Shown: positions 36,757 to 47,372 of the stretch, piece after piece
How the letters are laid out: every line of letters starts with the position of its first letter
Position numbering within the stretch: position 1 is the first letter of the stretch
Assembly: GCA_965215015.1 (NCBI GenBank)
Contig: OZ244042.1
Span: 5,056,001-5,120,000 of the forward strand
Source of the DNA: Candidatus Poribacteria bacterium
Lineage (GTDB): Bacteria; Poribacteria; WGA-4E; PCPOR2b
DNA length: 64,000 nt
Direction: 5' to 3'
The notes under the pieces: generated by a model
Databases searched by the model: none
The model's input: the letters and a program-made list of their open reading frames with translations, nothing else
What the model was told of the DNA's origin: nothing
Program-made: the position numbers and the translations under genes

Positions 36757-37941
36757 TTGAAAGTAGATATAGTGAAAACACCGACGGTTATAGACCTATT
36801 TTGCGGTTGCGGGGGTATGTCCTGGGGATTGCATCAGGCTGGTTTCAAAATCCTTGCTGGAATTGACAATTGGAATCGGGCTCTACAGACTTTTCGGCAT
36901 AATCACCCGGAGGCCAACACTGTTGAAGCGGATATTGCTAACTTGAATCCACAATCCGTCATGGATTCTTTGGACCTAGCCCGAGGCGATTTAGATTGTT
37001 TGATTGGAGGGCCACCGTGCCAAGGCTTCTCGAAAAACGTTCCGGCTGCTTACCGATTTCTTGGAGATTCTCGAAATCAATTATTCCGAGATTTTCTTCG
37101 CTTTGTTGATGAAATGCGCCCTAAAATTGTTGTGATGGAGAACGTCGCGGAAATTTACAATGCTTACGGAGGGATTGTCCGCCAAGAGATTATTGACAGT
37201 TTAGGTAAGTTGGGTTATGAAGTTGACGTTGACAACCTGTTCGCACCGGACTACGGTATTCCTCAACGTAGACGGCGCTGTTTTTTCTTTGCTTCTCGAA
37301 CCGGTGTTTTTCCGCTGCTCTCACCACCAACTTTTGGAAAAGTCGCTACCACAACCCTATTTGGTCAAGTGCAGCCGTACCGTTCTGCTTGGTCTGCAAT
37401 TTCGGATTTACCTGTTTTGCAAAATGGGGATGGCTACGAACCAATGGCTTATAAGTTCCCTGCTCTAAATGCGTATCAGATTCTGATGCGATTAAACTCA
37501 ACTGCTCTCTATGACCATGTGACTCGTAGACTCAACACCAAACAACATACACGAATTGCCTCCTTAGAACCGGGCCAAGGTCTAAAAAATTTGCCCAAGG
37601 AAATTCGTCCGAAATCTGGATATAGCGGTGCATATGGTAGGCTTGATTTCCAGATGATTGCACCAACCATTACCCGATGGTTTTTCCACCCCGGTTCCGG
37701 TCGATTTTGTCATCCTCGTGAGGTTCGCCTACTAACTATTCGTGAGGCGGCACGACTTCAATCCTTCTCAGATGATTTCATATTTACGGGAACGTACATT
37801 GAGAAATCGCATCAAGTTGGAAACGCGGTGCCACCACTAATCATGCAAAGTATGGCCGTGAACATTAAAGTTTGCCTTGGAGCTCTGTCAGAAGAAGAGC
37901 GACAATATCGTGTGTTAAAAGACGTACCGGCTCAATATTGA
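36757..37941 (+). CDS. DNA (cytosine-5)-methyltransferase
   Basis: DLFCGCGG, GGPPCQGFS, ENV, PQRRRR, REAARLQSF, GNAVPP. Confidence 0.95.
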   Translation: MKVDIVKTPTVIDLFCGCGGMSWGLHQAGFKILAGIDNWNRALQTFRHNHPEANTVEADIANLNPQSVMDSLDLARGDLDCLIGGPPCQGFSKNVPAAYRFLGDSRNQLFRDFLRFVDEMRPKIVVMENVAEIYNAYGGIVRQEIIDSLGKLGYEVDVDNLFAPDYGIPQRRRRCFFFASRTGVFPLLSPPTFGKVATTTLFGQVQPYRSAWSAISDLPVLQNGDGYEPMAYKFPALNAYQILMRLNSTALYDHVTRRLNTKQHTRIASLEPGQGLKNLPKEIRPKSGYSGAYGRLDFQMIAPTITRWFFHPGSGRFCHPREVRLLTIREAARLQSFSDDFIFTGTYIEKSHQVGNAVPPLIMQSMAVNIKVCLGALSEEERQYRVLKDVPAQY

Positions 37942-38581
37942 AAGTGTAGACATTCCTAGGCAACACAAATCGCTCAAAGAATTGTTTTTGGTTTGGATAC
38001 CACCGAAAAACAAGCTGATTGTCAAAATTTCGCTTTGCTTGCAAGCCCGTTTTGGTCTCGTTCGTCCATTCCCATTTCAGATCCTCGGAGGCGTATTCAA
38101 CTAGCTGAGATTCAAAGTAAGCATACCTTTTTCGATCGCGGGACTTTAGTAGAATGCACACCCGCTTGTCTTCAACACCCTGAAATTGCGCGTCCTTGTT
38201 GACTTTTTCATCGTACCAGTGCTTCAGAAGTGCAAAGCCCAGTTTCTCCGGGGACGAGTTAAGTGATAGTTCGTCAAATCCTAATTCTGTCGCTTTTTTG
38301 AAAATATCTGCCCGTTGGATAACGACCTCGAATTCACAAGGGGGACTGATTCGATGTTGCACGGCTTTAATTGACCAACCAATTTTACGGTTATTATCAA
38401 CAACATCAAAAAGACGTTTGCTTCTGCTATACATAAGTGGATCAATAATTGAAATGTCTTTTGTGTATGCAAAGATGGCTTCCCAAATGAAGTTCTCAAT
38501 ATCATCAACAAACGGAATAGCAAAAGTCGCTTGGATTCCATTGATGAGACGTTTCTTCTGATCGTCATTCAGATCGTACAT
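37865..38581 (-). CDS. Hypothetical protein, probable type II restriction endonuclease
   Basis: Convergent with and overlapping the MTase; AT-rich; E...LFDVV...GWSIK resembles a PD-(D/E)xK variant. Confidence 0.55.
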   Translation of the reverse strand: MYDLNDDQKKRLINGIQATFAIPFVDDIENFIWEAIFAYTKDISIIDPLMYSRSKRLFDVVDNNRKIGWSIKAVQHRISPPCEFEVVIQRADIFKKATELGFDELSLNSSPEKLGFALLKHWYDEKVNKDAQFQGVEDKRVCILLKSRDRKRYAYFESQLVEYASEDLKWEWTNETKTGLQAKRNFDNQLVFRWYPNQKQFFERFVLPRNVYTFNIEPVRLLTHDIVALLLTELQGKL

Positions 38582-38618
38582 GATTCTCCCATTAGAAATG
38601 AGGCATCAGCAACTGTGG

Positions 38619-38899
38619 TCACTGGTGAAGCCCTTCGGCACTCTCCAATTCTTGTTGGATTTCCTCATCATCATATTCAGCAATTTCAGCAATAGGAATG
38701 CCCCGCTGACTTAAAAGCCGAATAAAATCCTACAGGTGCATCTCTGCTAACTTTGCAGCTTGCCCTAAAGAAGGAGATTACGCTGGAAGAGTGCAACTGC
38801 AAGCAATTGTTTTACCTCTTCAGTGAGTTTCTCTCCGTCGTAGCCTGCAACAGAAAGTGGGATTGCGAGTTTGCTCGGTAAGTCTAATGTGATATCCAC
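38619..38899 (-). pseudogene. UPF0175-family antitoxin-like remnant followed by a PIN/DUF3368-like stub
   Basis: VDITLDLP...LAVALFQR/LGQAAKLAEM.L*DFIRLLSQRGIP...YDDEEIQQEL with a frameshift and a stop. Overlapping GTGA start gives VTTVADASFL. Confidence 0.6.
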
Positions 38900-38966
38900 C
38901 TCAACAACCCTCCCCTCTTTTTTAAATCTTCAGAGCAGTATTCATCAATAACAGCATCAGAAACCA

Positions 38967-39740
38967 CTAATCCGCCTTGTTTCCTTGCTTCATAAACGAG
39001 CTCAACAGATCCACAGGTATCGGGAAAACCAGTGTTGAGTTTTTCTCGGCTGCCACTTCAATGAGGGCTTGCAGGTAACGAAGTTGAATACCGATTGGAT
39101 TTTTACTTAAAGTCGTTGCGGCTTCCGTTAAGGCTTCGGATGATTCCAACTCGCCCGCGGCGTGGGTAAACTTGGCACGACGTTCACGCTCTGCTTCTGC
39201 TTGTTTTGCCATTGCCCGCTGCATTTCCGCAGGCAGGTCTACATGCTTAATCTCCATAGCGATGACGTTGATTCCCCACGATTCGCTATTCCTTTGGATA
39301 ATCTCCTCTAACTCCTGATTCAGCTTTTCGCGTTCTGACAAGAGGTCATCAAGCTCTGCACTTCCGAGAATGCTTCGGAGCGTTGTTTGTGCCAGTTGGC
39401 TGATTGCAAACCCAAAATCTTCGACCTCTACGACCGCTTTTGCCGAGTCCACGATTCGGAAGGTTAAAACGGCGTTCACGCTCACAGAGACATTGTCCTT
39501 AGTAATTACATCCTGTGGTGTCACATCCTGTACAACAGTCCGAAGACTCACCCGTTGCATCCGTTCAATCCAGAACGGTATGAGTAGTACCAGCCCGGGC
39601 CCCCTTGCACCGGTCAAACGTCCCAACCGAAATACAACTGCTCTCTCATATTCTCTGAGGATACGTATAGAAGTCATCATCGCTATAATGAGAACAACCA
39701 TTCCGATTCCAATTTCATTCATAAAATTGATTTGTGGCAT
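38967..39740 (-). CDS. SPFH/band 7 (stomatin/slipin) protein
   Basis: [45 protein letters not shown]. Confidence 0.95.
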   Translation of the reverse strand: MPQINFMNEIGIGMVVLIIAMMTSIRILREYERAVVFRLGRLTGARGPGLVLLIPFWIERMQRVSLRTVVQDVTPQDVITKDNVSVSVNAVLTFRIVDSAKAVVEVEDFGFAISQLAQTTLRSILGSAELDDLLSEREKLNQELEEIIQRNSESWGINVIAMEIKHVDLPAEMQRAMAKQAEAERERRAKFTHAAGELESSEALTEAATTLSKNPIGIQLRYLQALIEVAAEKNSTLVFPIPVDLLSSFMKQGNKAD

Positions 39741-39766
39741 TTACCTCTCCTTCTCTTTAACTTAGT

Positions 39767-40122
39767 TAGGGCTTACGCAGTTGAACGCTCAACACCAACC
39801 CCAGAAAAGGGCGCGCAATGTTCCGGGCGGATTGAACCAACCGTATAGCGCAACAGTGTCTGGTATTCCCTTGCGCGAGAGTTGGGGTATCCTCGGCGAT
39901 TCATCGCCGGTGAAGGTGCCTCGCAACGGCTGATGAATCGGGCGGCGACAGTTCATCCGACAGTAGTAGGCACGCTCCGCGTACCATCCCCCTGCTTGCG
40001 GGGGGGCTAGCGGACCGAAAGGGGGATGGCATACGCCGTATGCCGACTCCTGTCGGACGATTTATGGTCTATCCTGACGCGGGTTGAATTGTGTTACTAC
40101 AAACTCAATGCGTAACTCCCAG
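39767..40122. mobile_element. MITE-like element with nested REP modules
   Basis: Ends tagggcttacgca ... tgcgtaactcccag are imperfect inverted repeats; single ends also occur at 1895, about 42422, 50498 and 55031. No ORF inside. Confidence 0.65.
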
Positions 40123-40150
40123 TAATAAAAATAACAAGCCTAATTTAGTA

Positions 40151-41161
40151 TTATTCGTTGAGTTTTCTTGCATATATTGCCCACAGCGCAAAGCAGGTAG
40201 TTTGTAAATTCGCCATTGGCTGTTTTAGTTCAACAGGGGTGGCACTGACGAAACTTCCATCTTCCTGTTGCACATCCCTCAAATACCTGAGCGCGACCTT
40301 ATCTGCGTTCAACGGATCTTCCCCAATAACCAAGGCAAGCACCGTATAGGCGGTAATTTCCGGATCGCTGGGCGCCCCTTTCCACCTACCAAACCCACCA
40401 TCATCATTTTGCATCCGCTTTAGCCATGCAAGTTGCTCATCAATATCATAAACAATTGATAATCCCTGCAATACCCACGACGTGACAAGCACATTAGACC
40501 GTGTCCCCGGTTCCATTGACCACCCACCATCGAAATTAATACGATCGGCAAGCCAATCGGCCGCTTGGGGAACAGGGGAAAACTTCTGATTAAAGCCAAG
40601 TTGCCCCAACCCTGCTAAAACAGCCGCTGTATAGAGCGGGTTACCGGGTTGGCGTATCTCACGTCCCCAACTTCCACTTGCTTTTTGCGCTTCCCGCAGC
40701 CATCGGAGTCCGTTAAACTGTTCATCCGGATTGGTTTCAGCTCGCTTTAGTGCAATGATAGCAAAAATGGTATGCGCGGTATTTCCATTCCAACTTCCAT
40801 CTGGTTTCTGATGCTTTATTAGATAGGTGACCCCTCGACGGATGACACTTGAACCGGATCCCCACCCTTTTAACATCAGTGCTTGCACTGCAATTGCGGT
40901 GATTTCAACATCACTTTCTCTACCCGGTATGAGAGGCCAACCGCCATCTGCATTCTGATGTTTGAGGATATATGATGCAGCCAGTTCGATGGTATCATAA
41001 GTTGATTCCGCAGCCAGCCCCACTGTTGTGTGGAAACTCAATGCAATCAGAAGTGAACAGGACCACAACTTAAAAAAAGCCCGCTGAACAATAGGAAAAG
41101 GGAAATTCGAGAAGAGAGAGCAGAAGCCTTTCCTCCACCTCTCCATATTTCTGAATCTCAA
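40151..41161 (-). CDS. Prenyltransferase/squalene-cyclase repeat (QW-motif) protein, probably exported
   Basis: QNADGGW, QKPDGSW, QKASGSW, QNDDGGF, QQEDGSF; signal-like N-terminus; start uncertain. Confidence 0.8.
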   Translation of the reverse strand: MRFRNMERWRKGFCSLFSNFPFPIVQRAFFKLWSCSLLIALSFHTTVGLAAESTYDTIELAASYILKHQNADGGWPLIPGRESDVEITAIAVQALMLKGWGSGSSVIRRGVTYLIKHQKPDGSWNGNTAHTIFAIIALKRAETNPDEQFNGLRWLREAQKASGSWGREIRQPGNPLYTAAVLAGLGQLGFNQKFSPVPQAADWLADRINFDGGWSMEPGTRSNVLVTSWVLQGLSIVYDIDEQLAWLKRMQNDDGGFGRWKGAPSDPEITAYTVLALVIGEDPLNADKVALRYLRDVQQEDGSFVSATPVELKQPMANLQTTCFALWAIYARKLNE

Positions 41162-41225
41162 TTTCTGCCTCCTTTTCGGGTAAGCACATGCAAATCGCCT
41201 AGCAATTTACCGAATGCACCTTCGC

Positions 41226-42353
41226 TTAATTTACGTGCGGTTCAATAACAACCTTATAGACGCCCTCCTCGCCAAGCATCTGGATGCCCTCCTCTAAGCG
41301 AGCTAAGGGAAGATGATGGGTAATCAGATCTTTCAGAGGAACGCGGGTGCGCTCTAAAAAGTCGAGAGCGGTTTGGAATTGGATCTGTGGGTATGCCCAC
41401 ACGCCGCAGATATCGAGATCCTTGTTGCAGATCTGGTGTGGGCGGACATTGACGGAACCTGAATCGGTATAGTGGCCCACCTCGATCACTTTGCCGCCGC
41501 GGCGGACGAGATCAATGCCTTCAGCAAAGACGCCCGGCAACCCGGCGCATTCAATCACGATGTCCGTACCCGCGCCGCTTGTGAGATCTTGCACCTGCTC
41601 AAGGCGTTGTTCAGGGGAGGTTTCACCAACATTGATAACGACATCTGCCCCCATGTTTTTCGCCATATCCAAACGACTGTCCACAATATCAGTAGCGATA
41701 ATTGTTCCCGCACCGGTGCTACGGAGCACGGCAATCACGAGGAGTCCAATGGGACCACAGCCAAGAACGGCAACGCTGTTCCCGATGCCGTATCCCGCCC
41801 CGACTTGCGGCACACCGGGCGCATGTGCACGTTCTACAGCACGGGTTGCAACAGCGACCGGCTCGGTCAGGACACGCAGTTCTTCGGAGATTCCTGCCGA
41901 TACTTTAAACACCCACGAGTTGCCATGGATGTAGGTATACTCAGAAAACTCCCCTGTCAGATGAGGTGGGGTTTCGCAGTTACTGAACCCGTAGATTGTT
42001 CGATTCGTGCATAAAGTCGGACGATGCGGAAAACGCAAACAATAGTAACATTTCCCGCAGTTTTTTGAGCCGGGCACAACCGTCACCGGATCGCCGACTT
42101 TAATTGGTCCACCCATTACATTCATCACCTGATTTGCATCTTTGCCGATTTCAGCGACAGTGCCAACAACCTCGTGCCCCGGAATCACGGGGAAGTTCAG
42201 ATTTGTATGACCCAGATACATGTGCTTGTCGCTACCACAAATTCCGACTTGGTCTACCTGAAGAAGGAGCGCATCGTCAGCAGGGGTTGGTTTTTCAAAT
42301 TCACGAATCTCGATTTGTCCGGGTGTCGGCATTACCGCAGCCTGTACTTGCAT
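41226..42353 (-). CDS. Zn-dependent (MDR) alcohol/polyol dehydrogenase
   Basis: GICGSD, GHE, CGKCYYC...C, GCGPIG. Confidence 0.93.
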   Translation of the reverse strand: MQVQAAVMPTPGQIEIREFEKPTPADDALLLQVDQVGICGSDKHMYLGHTNLNFPVIPGHEVVGTVAEIGKDANQVMNVMGGPIKVGDPVTVVPGSKNCGKCYYCLRFPHRPTLCTNRTIYGFSNCETPPHLTGEFSEYTYIHGNSWVFKVSAGISEELRVLTEPVAVATRAVERAHAPGVPQVGAGYGIGNSVAVLGCGPIGLLVIAVLRSTGAGTIIATDIVDSRLDMAKNMGADVVINVGETSPEQRLEQVQDLTSGAGTDIVIECAGLPGVFAEGIDLVRRGGKVIEVGHYTDSGSVNVRPHQICNKDLDICGVWAYPQIQFQTALDFLERTRVPLKDLITHHLPLARLEEGIQMLGEEGVYKVVIEPHVN

Positions 42354-42454
42354 TTTGAAAACTCCTTATGTTCGTATTTGTTGTATGTTTGCTTTCTTTC
42401 ATCACGGGGGCTTTGAACCTTCAACTGCGTAAGTCCTAACTCCTTTACAATTTA

Positions 42455-43045
42455 TTATCGCCTGATTTGCTGGTCAATCCGGTTAAAAACTTCTCGCACT
42501 TCTTCCGCAGTCAACTGCGGCAGTGGATGCATCAATTGAACGATGCCAGCGCGATCAATCAGCACAACCGTGGGCATCTGGAGAGACATCCCATACTGTT
42601 GGGAAACTTCACCTGTCCAGTCCAACAAGACACTCGGTAGATCTACCTCCGCCCCAGCTTCTCGGAGATTTGCTTTAAGCTTCCCCTTCAGAAACAGACG
42701 TGCAAAGAGCGACACACCAGATCCGTTGGCAATAGGAAGAATCCGCAGCTCTTCAGTATACTCTTCAAGGAATAGATTGAGCCACGTTTGACCGCGCTCG
42801 ATGTTATCCTTATCAAAGCCGAACAATAACACATTTTCCCCATGGAATTGGCTCAATCGAAATTCCACATCATGCTGATCTGTGAGGGTAAAATTGGGAG
42901 CTATTGTCCCAGACTCAGGAACGATGAGCGACGGGGAAGCACATGCTAGAAGAATAAGCGGGACACACAAAATCCATCTGTGTGAAACGTAAGGCGTAAG
43001 CTTTAATACGTAACCCGTAAAGTTGTTTGTCGTCCTCTCTCTCAT
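42455..43045 (-). CDS. Thioredoxin-fold (redoxin-like) lipoprotein without CxxC
   Basis: LLAC lipobox; APNFTLTDQ; PTVVLIDRAG. Confidence 0.6.
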   Translation of the reverse strand: MRERTTNNFTGYVLKLTPYVSHRWILCVPLILLACASPSLIVPESGTIAPNFTLTDQHDVEFRLSQFHGENVLLFGFDKDNIERGQTWLNLFLEEYTEELRILPIANGSGVSLFARLFLKGKLKANLREAGAEVDLPSVLLDWTGEVSQQYGMSLQMPTVVLIDRAGIVQLMHPLPQLTAEEVREVFNRIDQQIRR

Positions 43046-43130
43046 TCAAGCTGATGGGCAAGCGTTGCTCCTCCTAACGAAAATTGGATCTCGCTCGCCG
43101 TCTCTGTTCTCCCTCCTTTGATACGTCCAT

Positions 43131-44285
43131 TTAATCTGACCAGATTGGCGTCAACACCTTTGTCAATTGGACCAGACTGTCCAGATTATGAGCCGGTAAG
43201 AAATAGTCAACATACGGCAGTGCCGTGCGTATGCCGCGACAGATTGGCTGGTACCCTTCACTACCGAGCAGGGGGTTCAGCCAAATCAACTTATATGCTT
43301 GACGATGCAGTACCTCCATCCCCTTTTGCAGGACATCCGCTTCGCCCCGATCCCAACCGTCACTGATTAGAATGACCACAGTTCTGTACGCAGAGAAGGA
43401 GCGTCCAAACTCCCGGTTGAAGGCGACGATACTCTCACCGATTCTCGTCCCCCCTGACCAATCAGGCACAACCTGTGCAACTTCACGTAGTCCATCTTCA
43501 AGTCCTTTGCGGCGGAGGAGCCCGGTGATGTTGGTGAGCTCTGTGCTGAAGACCGCAACTTCGACCTCTTCAAGTGCTTGCTGCATCCCGTAGATAAACT
43601 GGATCAGAAAGGTGGAATAGTAGTCCATCGATCCGCTGACATCACAGAGCAGCAAAATCTTGTTTTTCTTGACCTTTTGACGCTTCCGTATCAATTTCAA
43701 CGGCTCCCCACCGTAGGCGATGTTTTTACGCCAACTCCGTCGAAAATCGATTGTCTTCCCTTTGGTGCTGGTCTTTTTCCGACGGCTCAGCTTTGTTGCC
43801 AACAATGGGACAAGTTTAGCGATAATCTCTCGCGCTTTTTGCATCTCCTCTGCCGAGAACTGGCCAAAATCCTTTTGGGTCAAAACCTTCTCAGCACTAT
43901 AGGCGATTGTATCCTCTTCCCCCTCCTCTTTATCCTCCTCCATTTCTGTCCATTGGTCCAAGTTTATCACTGTTTCTTCAGCGTTGAACAGATCTTCGAG
44001 AGACATCACCTCTTCTCCGTCTGTATCAAGCCCCAACTCTTGTGGATCAGGACGCGGATATCTCCAGAACCAGTCAAAAGCGGTGTCAAATAACGCCCGA
44101 TCCGATTCATTGGCGATCAGATTCATCTTGGCGGCGTCATAGAAATCCTGTTGTTGTCCAATATCGATTAACTCAACACTTCGGCAGAAACTGATTTGAT
44201 TCGTTGTGGTAATATTCACGCCCATCTGCTTGAGTAATCGGCAGAAGGCGGTGATTTCTTGAAGGAGGGGTTGTTGATTAGTCAT
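43131..44285 (-). CDS. coxE: CoxE-like VWA domain protein
   Basis: DVSGSM MIDAS, WSGGTRIG, ISDGWD, WLNPL. Confidence 0.88.
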   Translation of the reverse strand: MTNQQPLLQEITAFCRLLKQMGVNITTTNQISFCRSVELIDIGQQQDFYDAAKMNLIANESDRALFDTAFDWFWRYPRPDPQELGLDTDGEEVMSLEDLFNAEETVINLDQWTEMEEDKEEGEEDTIAYSAEKVLTQKDFGQFSAEEMQKAREIIAKLVPLLATKLSRRKKTSTKGKTIDFRRSWRKNIAYGGEPLKLIRKRQKVKKNKILLLCDVSGSMDYYSTFLIQFIYGMQQALEEVEVAVFSTELTNITGLLRRKGLEDGLREVAQVVPDWSGGTRIGESIVAFNREFGRSFSAYRTVVILISDGWDRGEADVLQKGMEVLHRQAYKLIWLNPLLGSEGYQPICRGIRTALPYVDYFLPAHNLDSLVQLTKVLTPIWSD

Positions 44286-44288
44286 AGA

Positions 44289-44460
44289 TCAAATCCAATT
44301 TTCGATGGAGGGCTCGTTGGAAGCGCGCCGGGTTGTTCGCGACAATAGTATAGTCATACACAAGATTGGTAGCAGCAATGAACAAGGCGGCATCTTCGAT
44401 TAATTTATTCCATTTTCTGAGTTGATAACAAACGTAAGCTATTTTTTGAGAAACTTTTTC
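44289..44460 (-). pseudogene. Degenerate VapC/PIN toxin C-terminal fragment
   Basis: QLRKWNKLIEDAALFIAATNLVYDYTIVANNRR...IENWI* matches the PIN C-terminal pattern; upstream part disrupted. Confidence 0.5.
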
Positions 44461-44709
44461 GTCAATTTCGACTCAGACACATCTCTGATCTGCAAATTTC
44501 CTGGTGTAATGAGTAGGTAGGGGCCTTTCTCTGAATTTAACGTTTTATTAAAAGCCAGTAACCACCTATTTTATTCCCAATTCTTTCCAGTCCGATAATA
44601 AAATCACAGTCATCTTTAAGGGCATTAAGTTTCTTTTCGGTGTCGGTACCCAGTTGAATTTGGATTATCCTCTCACCGCCTGTCACACTGCTAGTTGTCA
44701 TGCTTAATA

Positions 44710-45654
44710 CTATCCACGCACATATCGCCAATCTGCTAACTCTGTTTTTTCAGCGTCTTTTGCCTCAGAATCACTTCTAGCACCATCTACCATCTTATCC
44801 AAGCCTGCCTCTCGTGCCCGTTGAATATCATCTTGATATTTGAAAATGCAACCGAGCGTTTCATCAACGATAGCGGGATCTAACCCGTCTTTACCCAACG
44901 CAATGAGGGCTAATCCCCAATCCAACGTCTCTGCAACTCCCGGTTTTTTGTAGTAATCCCCTTCCCTAAATACCCGCATCAGGTTGCAAAGTTGCTGTGC
45001 AAGCATATCGTCTATATGCGGGAGCTTGGTTTTAACGATTGCAAACTCCTTCTCAATGGACGGATAATCTATCCACTGATAGAGACACCGACGTTTCAGA
45101 GCTTCATGAATCTCCCGCGTGCGATTTGAAGTCAGCACCACATAAGGAATATGTTTGGCACGAATGGTCCCAATCTCCGGAATAGTAATCTGAAAATCTG
45201 ACAGGATTTCAAGGAGGAATGCTTCAAATTCGCTATCACTCCGGTCCACTTCATCAATAAGAAGCACAGGCGGAGCGGCACCAGCCGTCTGAATGGCTTC
45301 GAGGAGCGGACGCTTTAACAGAAATTCCTCGCTGAAGAGGTCTGCACCAATCTGCTCTTTGTCCATGCCTTGCGCTTCGTCAATACGTAGTTGGAGAATC
45401 TGTTTCGTGTAATTCCACTCATACAACGCGCTGTTCACATCCAGTCCTTCGTAACATTGCAAGCGGATTAGATTTCCACCGGTTGCCCCCGCCAAAACCT
45501 TTGCAACCTCTGTTTTCCCAACGCCGGGCTCGCCTTCAAGGAAAATCGGTTTTTTTAGATGATGCGCTAAGTAGATTGTTGTTGCCAACGCTCGATCGGC
45601 AATATAATGCTGTTCCACAAATGTTTCTTGTACTTCTTCAATTGATTCAATCAT
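44710..45654 (-). CDS. coxD: CoxD-like MoxR AAA+ ATPase
   Basis: GEPGVGKT, RLQCYEGLD, LLIDEVDR, ALKRRC, KKPGVAETLDW. Confidence 0.9.
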   Translation of the reverse strand: MIESIEEVQETFVEQHYIADRALATTIYLAHHLKKPIFLEGEPGVGKTEVAKVLAGATGGNLIRLQCYEGLDVNSALYEWNYTKQILQLRIDEAQGMDKEQIGADLFSEEFLLKRPLLEAIQTAGAAPPVLLIDEVDRSDSEFEAFLLEILSDFQITIPEIGTIRAKHIPYVVLTSNRTREIHEALKRRCLYQWIDYPSIEKEFAIVKTKLPHIDDMLAQQLCNLMRVFREGDYYKKPGVAETLDWGLALIALGKDGLDPAIVDETLGCIFKYQDDIQRAREAGLDKMVDGARSDSEAKDAEKTELADWRYVRG

Positions 45655-45696
45655 TTACTATCCTTTTACAGTTAGGTTTAAATTTGCCGCCCAATT

Positions 45697-46317
45697 TTAT
45701 GCGGTTGAGGATTTCCGCAATGCTTCTTCGTAATCTGTCCGATAATCGATGTCCCACAGTACTCGGTCAGTATCGACAGTCACATAATGGATGTCATCTG
45801 CATATTTTTGGAAAAGCGACCGAACCCCGCCGCTATGCCTCTCCAGGGCAAGGAGGTCAGCAGCGTAGCGTCGGTTAAAAATTACAGGATGCCCCCGACG
45901 ATAGTTATAACTTGGCACCGCAATTCCACCTTCTGTTTGGACGTATGTGTCGATGACCAGATTAACCAAATCCGGCGTGATGAGCGGTAAGTCTACCAAG
46001 GTCATCGCAAACGCATCGGCGGACGCTGAAATTGATTGCACACCGCACTGTGCAGAGGTCAGCATGCCCTCCTGATAATCGGGGTTGAATACAATCTTGA
46101 CCGGTTTGTGCTGGATATACGCTTGAATTTTCTTGGCTTCGTGCCCAATAATAACGATAACCTCGCTCAGATTGGATCCAAGCAGGTTATCGATCACGGT
46201 TTCAATAATCGTGCTGCCACCGAAAGGAAGGAGTTGCTTAGGTTCGCCCATACGAGTAGACAGGCCCGCAGCGAGGATGATACCTGATATTTTGGGTGTC
46301 GGTTGGGGAGGATTCAT
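45697..46317 (-). CDS. MocA-like nucleotidyltransferase (molybdenum cofactor cytidylyltransferase family)
   Basis: ILAAGLSTRMGEPKQLL, NPDYQEGM, GHPV, DID; start uncertain. Confidence 0.85.
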   Translation of the reverse strand: MNPPQPTPKISGIILAAGLSTRMGEPKQLLPFGGSTIIETVIDNLLGSNLSEVIVIIGHEAKKIQAYIQHKPVKIVFNPDYQEGMLTSAQCGVQSISASADAFAMTLVDLPLITPDLVNLVIDTYVQTEGGIAVPSYNYRRGHPVIFNRRYAADLLALERHSGGVRSLFQKYADDIHYVTVDTDRVLWDIDYRTDYEEALRKSSTA

Positions 46318-46823
46318 TACGCCTGATGCCTCATTTGTTGATTGCAAGGGCACTAGTATCACCCCGTTTATAAATCATGCGTTATTCTTCTAATCAACAG
46401 ATTGTCTATTCTTTCCATAGCTCAGATGAAAATGATACACGCAAAAGTCAATTCCATCAAGTTTTATTTGAAGAAAATGTCTGTTCTTGCCAATTTTTCA
46501 CGTTAGCTCGATCCGTATTAACACCCCCAAATCCTCATCGGACTTTCTTTAGTAACAGGGTACGACCTCAACTCGGTCCCACCGAGGTTCTATAGATTAA
46601 ACACGACAGAAGTGTCGTAGTCCGCGCGCTCTCACTTCAGCGATAATCAGTTCTGGCAGTTTCATAGTTCTCTCCCGATGATTCTCTACATCCCACTTAT
46701 GGAGACAGTTTGATATAGGGTATGAATTTCTTGATGGTGCGTCAACCTCTATCGACTATATTATGTCATAAGATGGGGGGGCGATCCAGAAAAAACAACC
46801 TGCCAGCTCATTTTGTACATTGC

Positions 46824-47243
46824 TAGGGTATGTTGACATTTGACAGCACGTCGGTCCAAGACTCTCCTAACGGAGTTGGGTTGAACGGGAACCTTCAACC
46901 CAACTCCCAATTTAAAAGAAACGGGAAACAGCAGTAGGTACGCTCCGCGTGCCCTCCCCCTGCTAAATACCCGGTGGGTTGTCCGTCAGTTCCTGGCTCA
47001 TTGAGCCTAGAACGGTTCTTTTCCCCCTGCTTGCGGGGGGGTTAGGGGGGGTGATGGTACGTATCATCCTCCAAGTTGCTAGATAGCCCGTAGGTCGAGT
47101 TTCCATACTCGACATCTATTATAAAAACAACTTATAGATGGCACCCCAACCTGTAGAGGTTGGGGTGCCTAACCCGCCGGAGGAGGGAAGGGTACTTATC
47201 GACCAATTACGGACACGACTCACATAAATGTCAACAGAACCTA
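46824..47243. mobile_element. 420-bp MITE-like element containing nested REP hairpins
   Basis: Left tagggtatgttgacattt vs reverse complement of right taggttctgttgacattt (16/18). Lone ends of this family at about 33682 and 58879. Confidence 0.7.
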
Positions 47244-47372
47244 ATAATCCAAGAAAATGATTGATAAAATTGGACAACCGTGATATATTTTTCACAATTT
47301 CCAAAGCCCAATTTTTGGCCCCTAGATGGAAAGTACCCGCCATAAGCGTGGCAGAAAGAGGAATGAATTATC

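Noticed and set aside
40151-41161. Squalene-hopene or oxidosqualene cyclase
   Set aside because: About half the expected length and lacks DxDD/DCTAE.
46590-46670. Short minus-strand ORF MKLPELIIAEVRARGLRHF or a riboswitch upstream of mocA
   Set aside because: Too short to assign, and no recognisable Moco riboswitch consensus.
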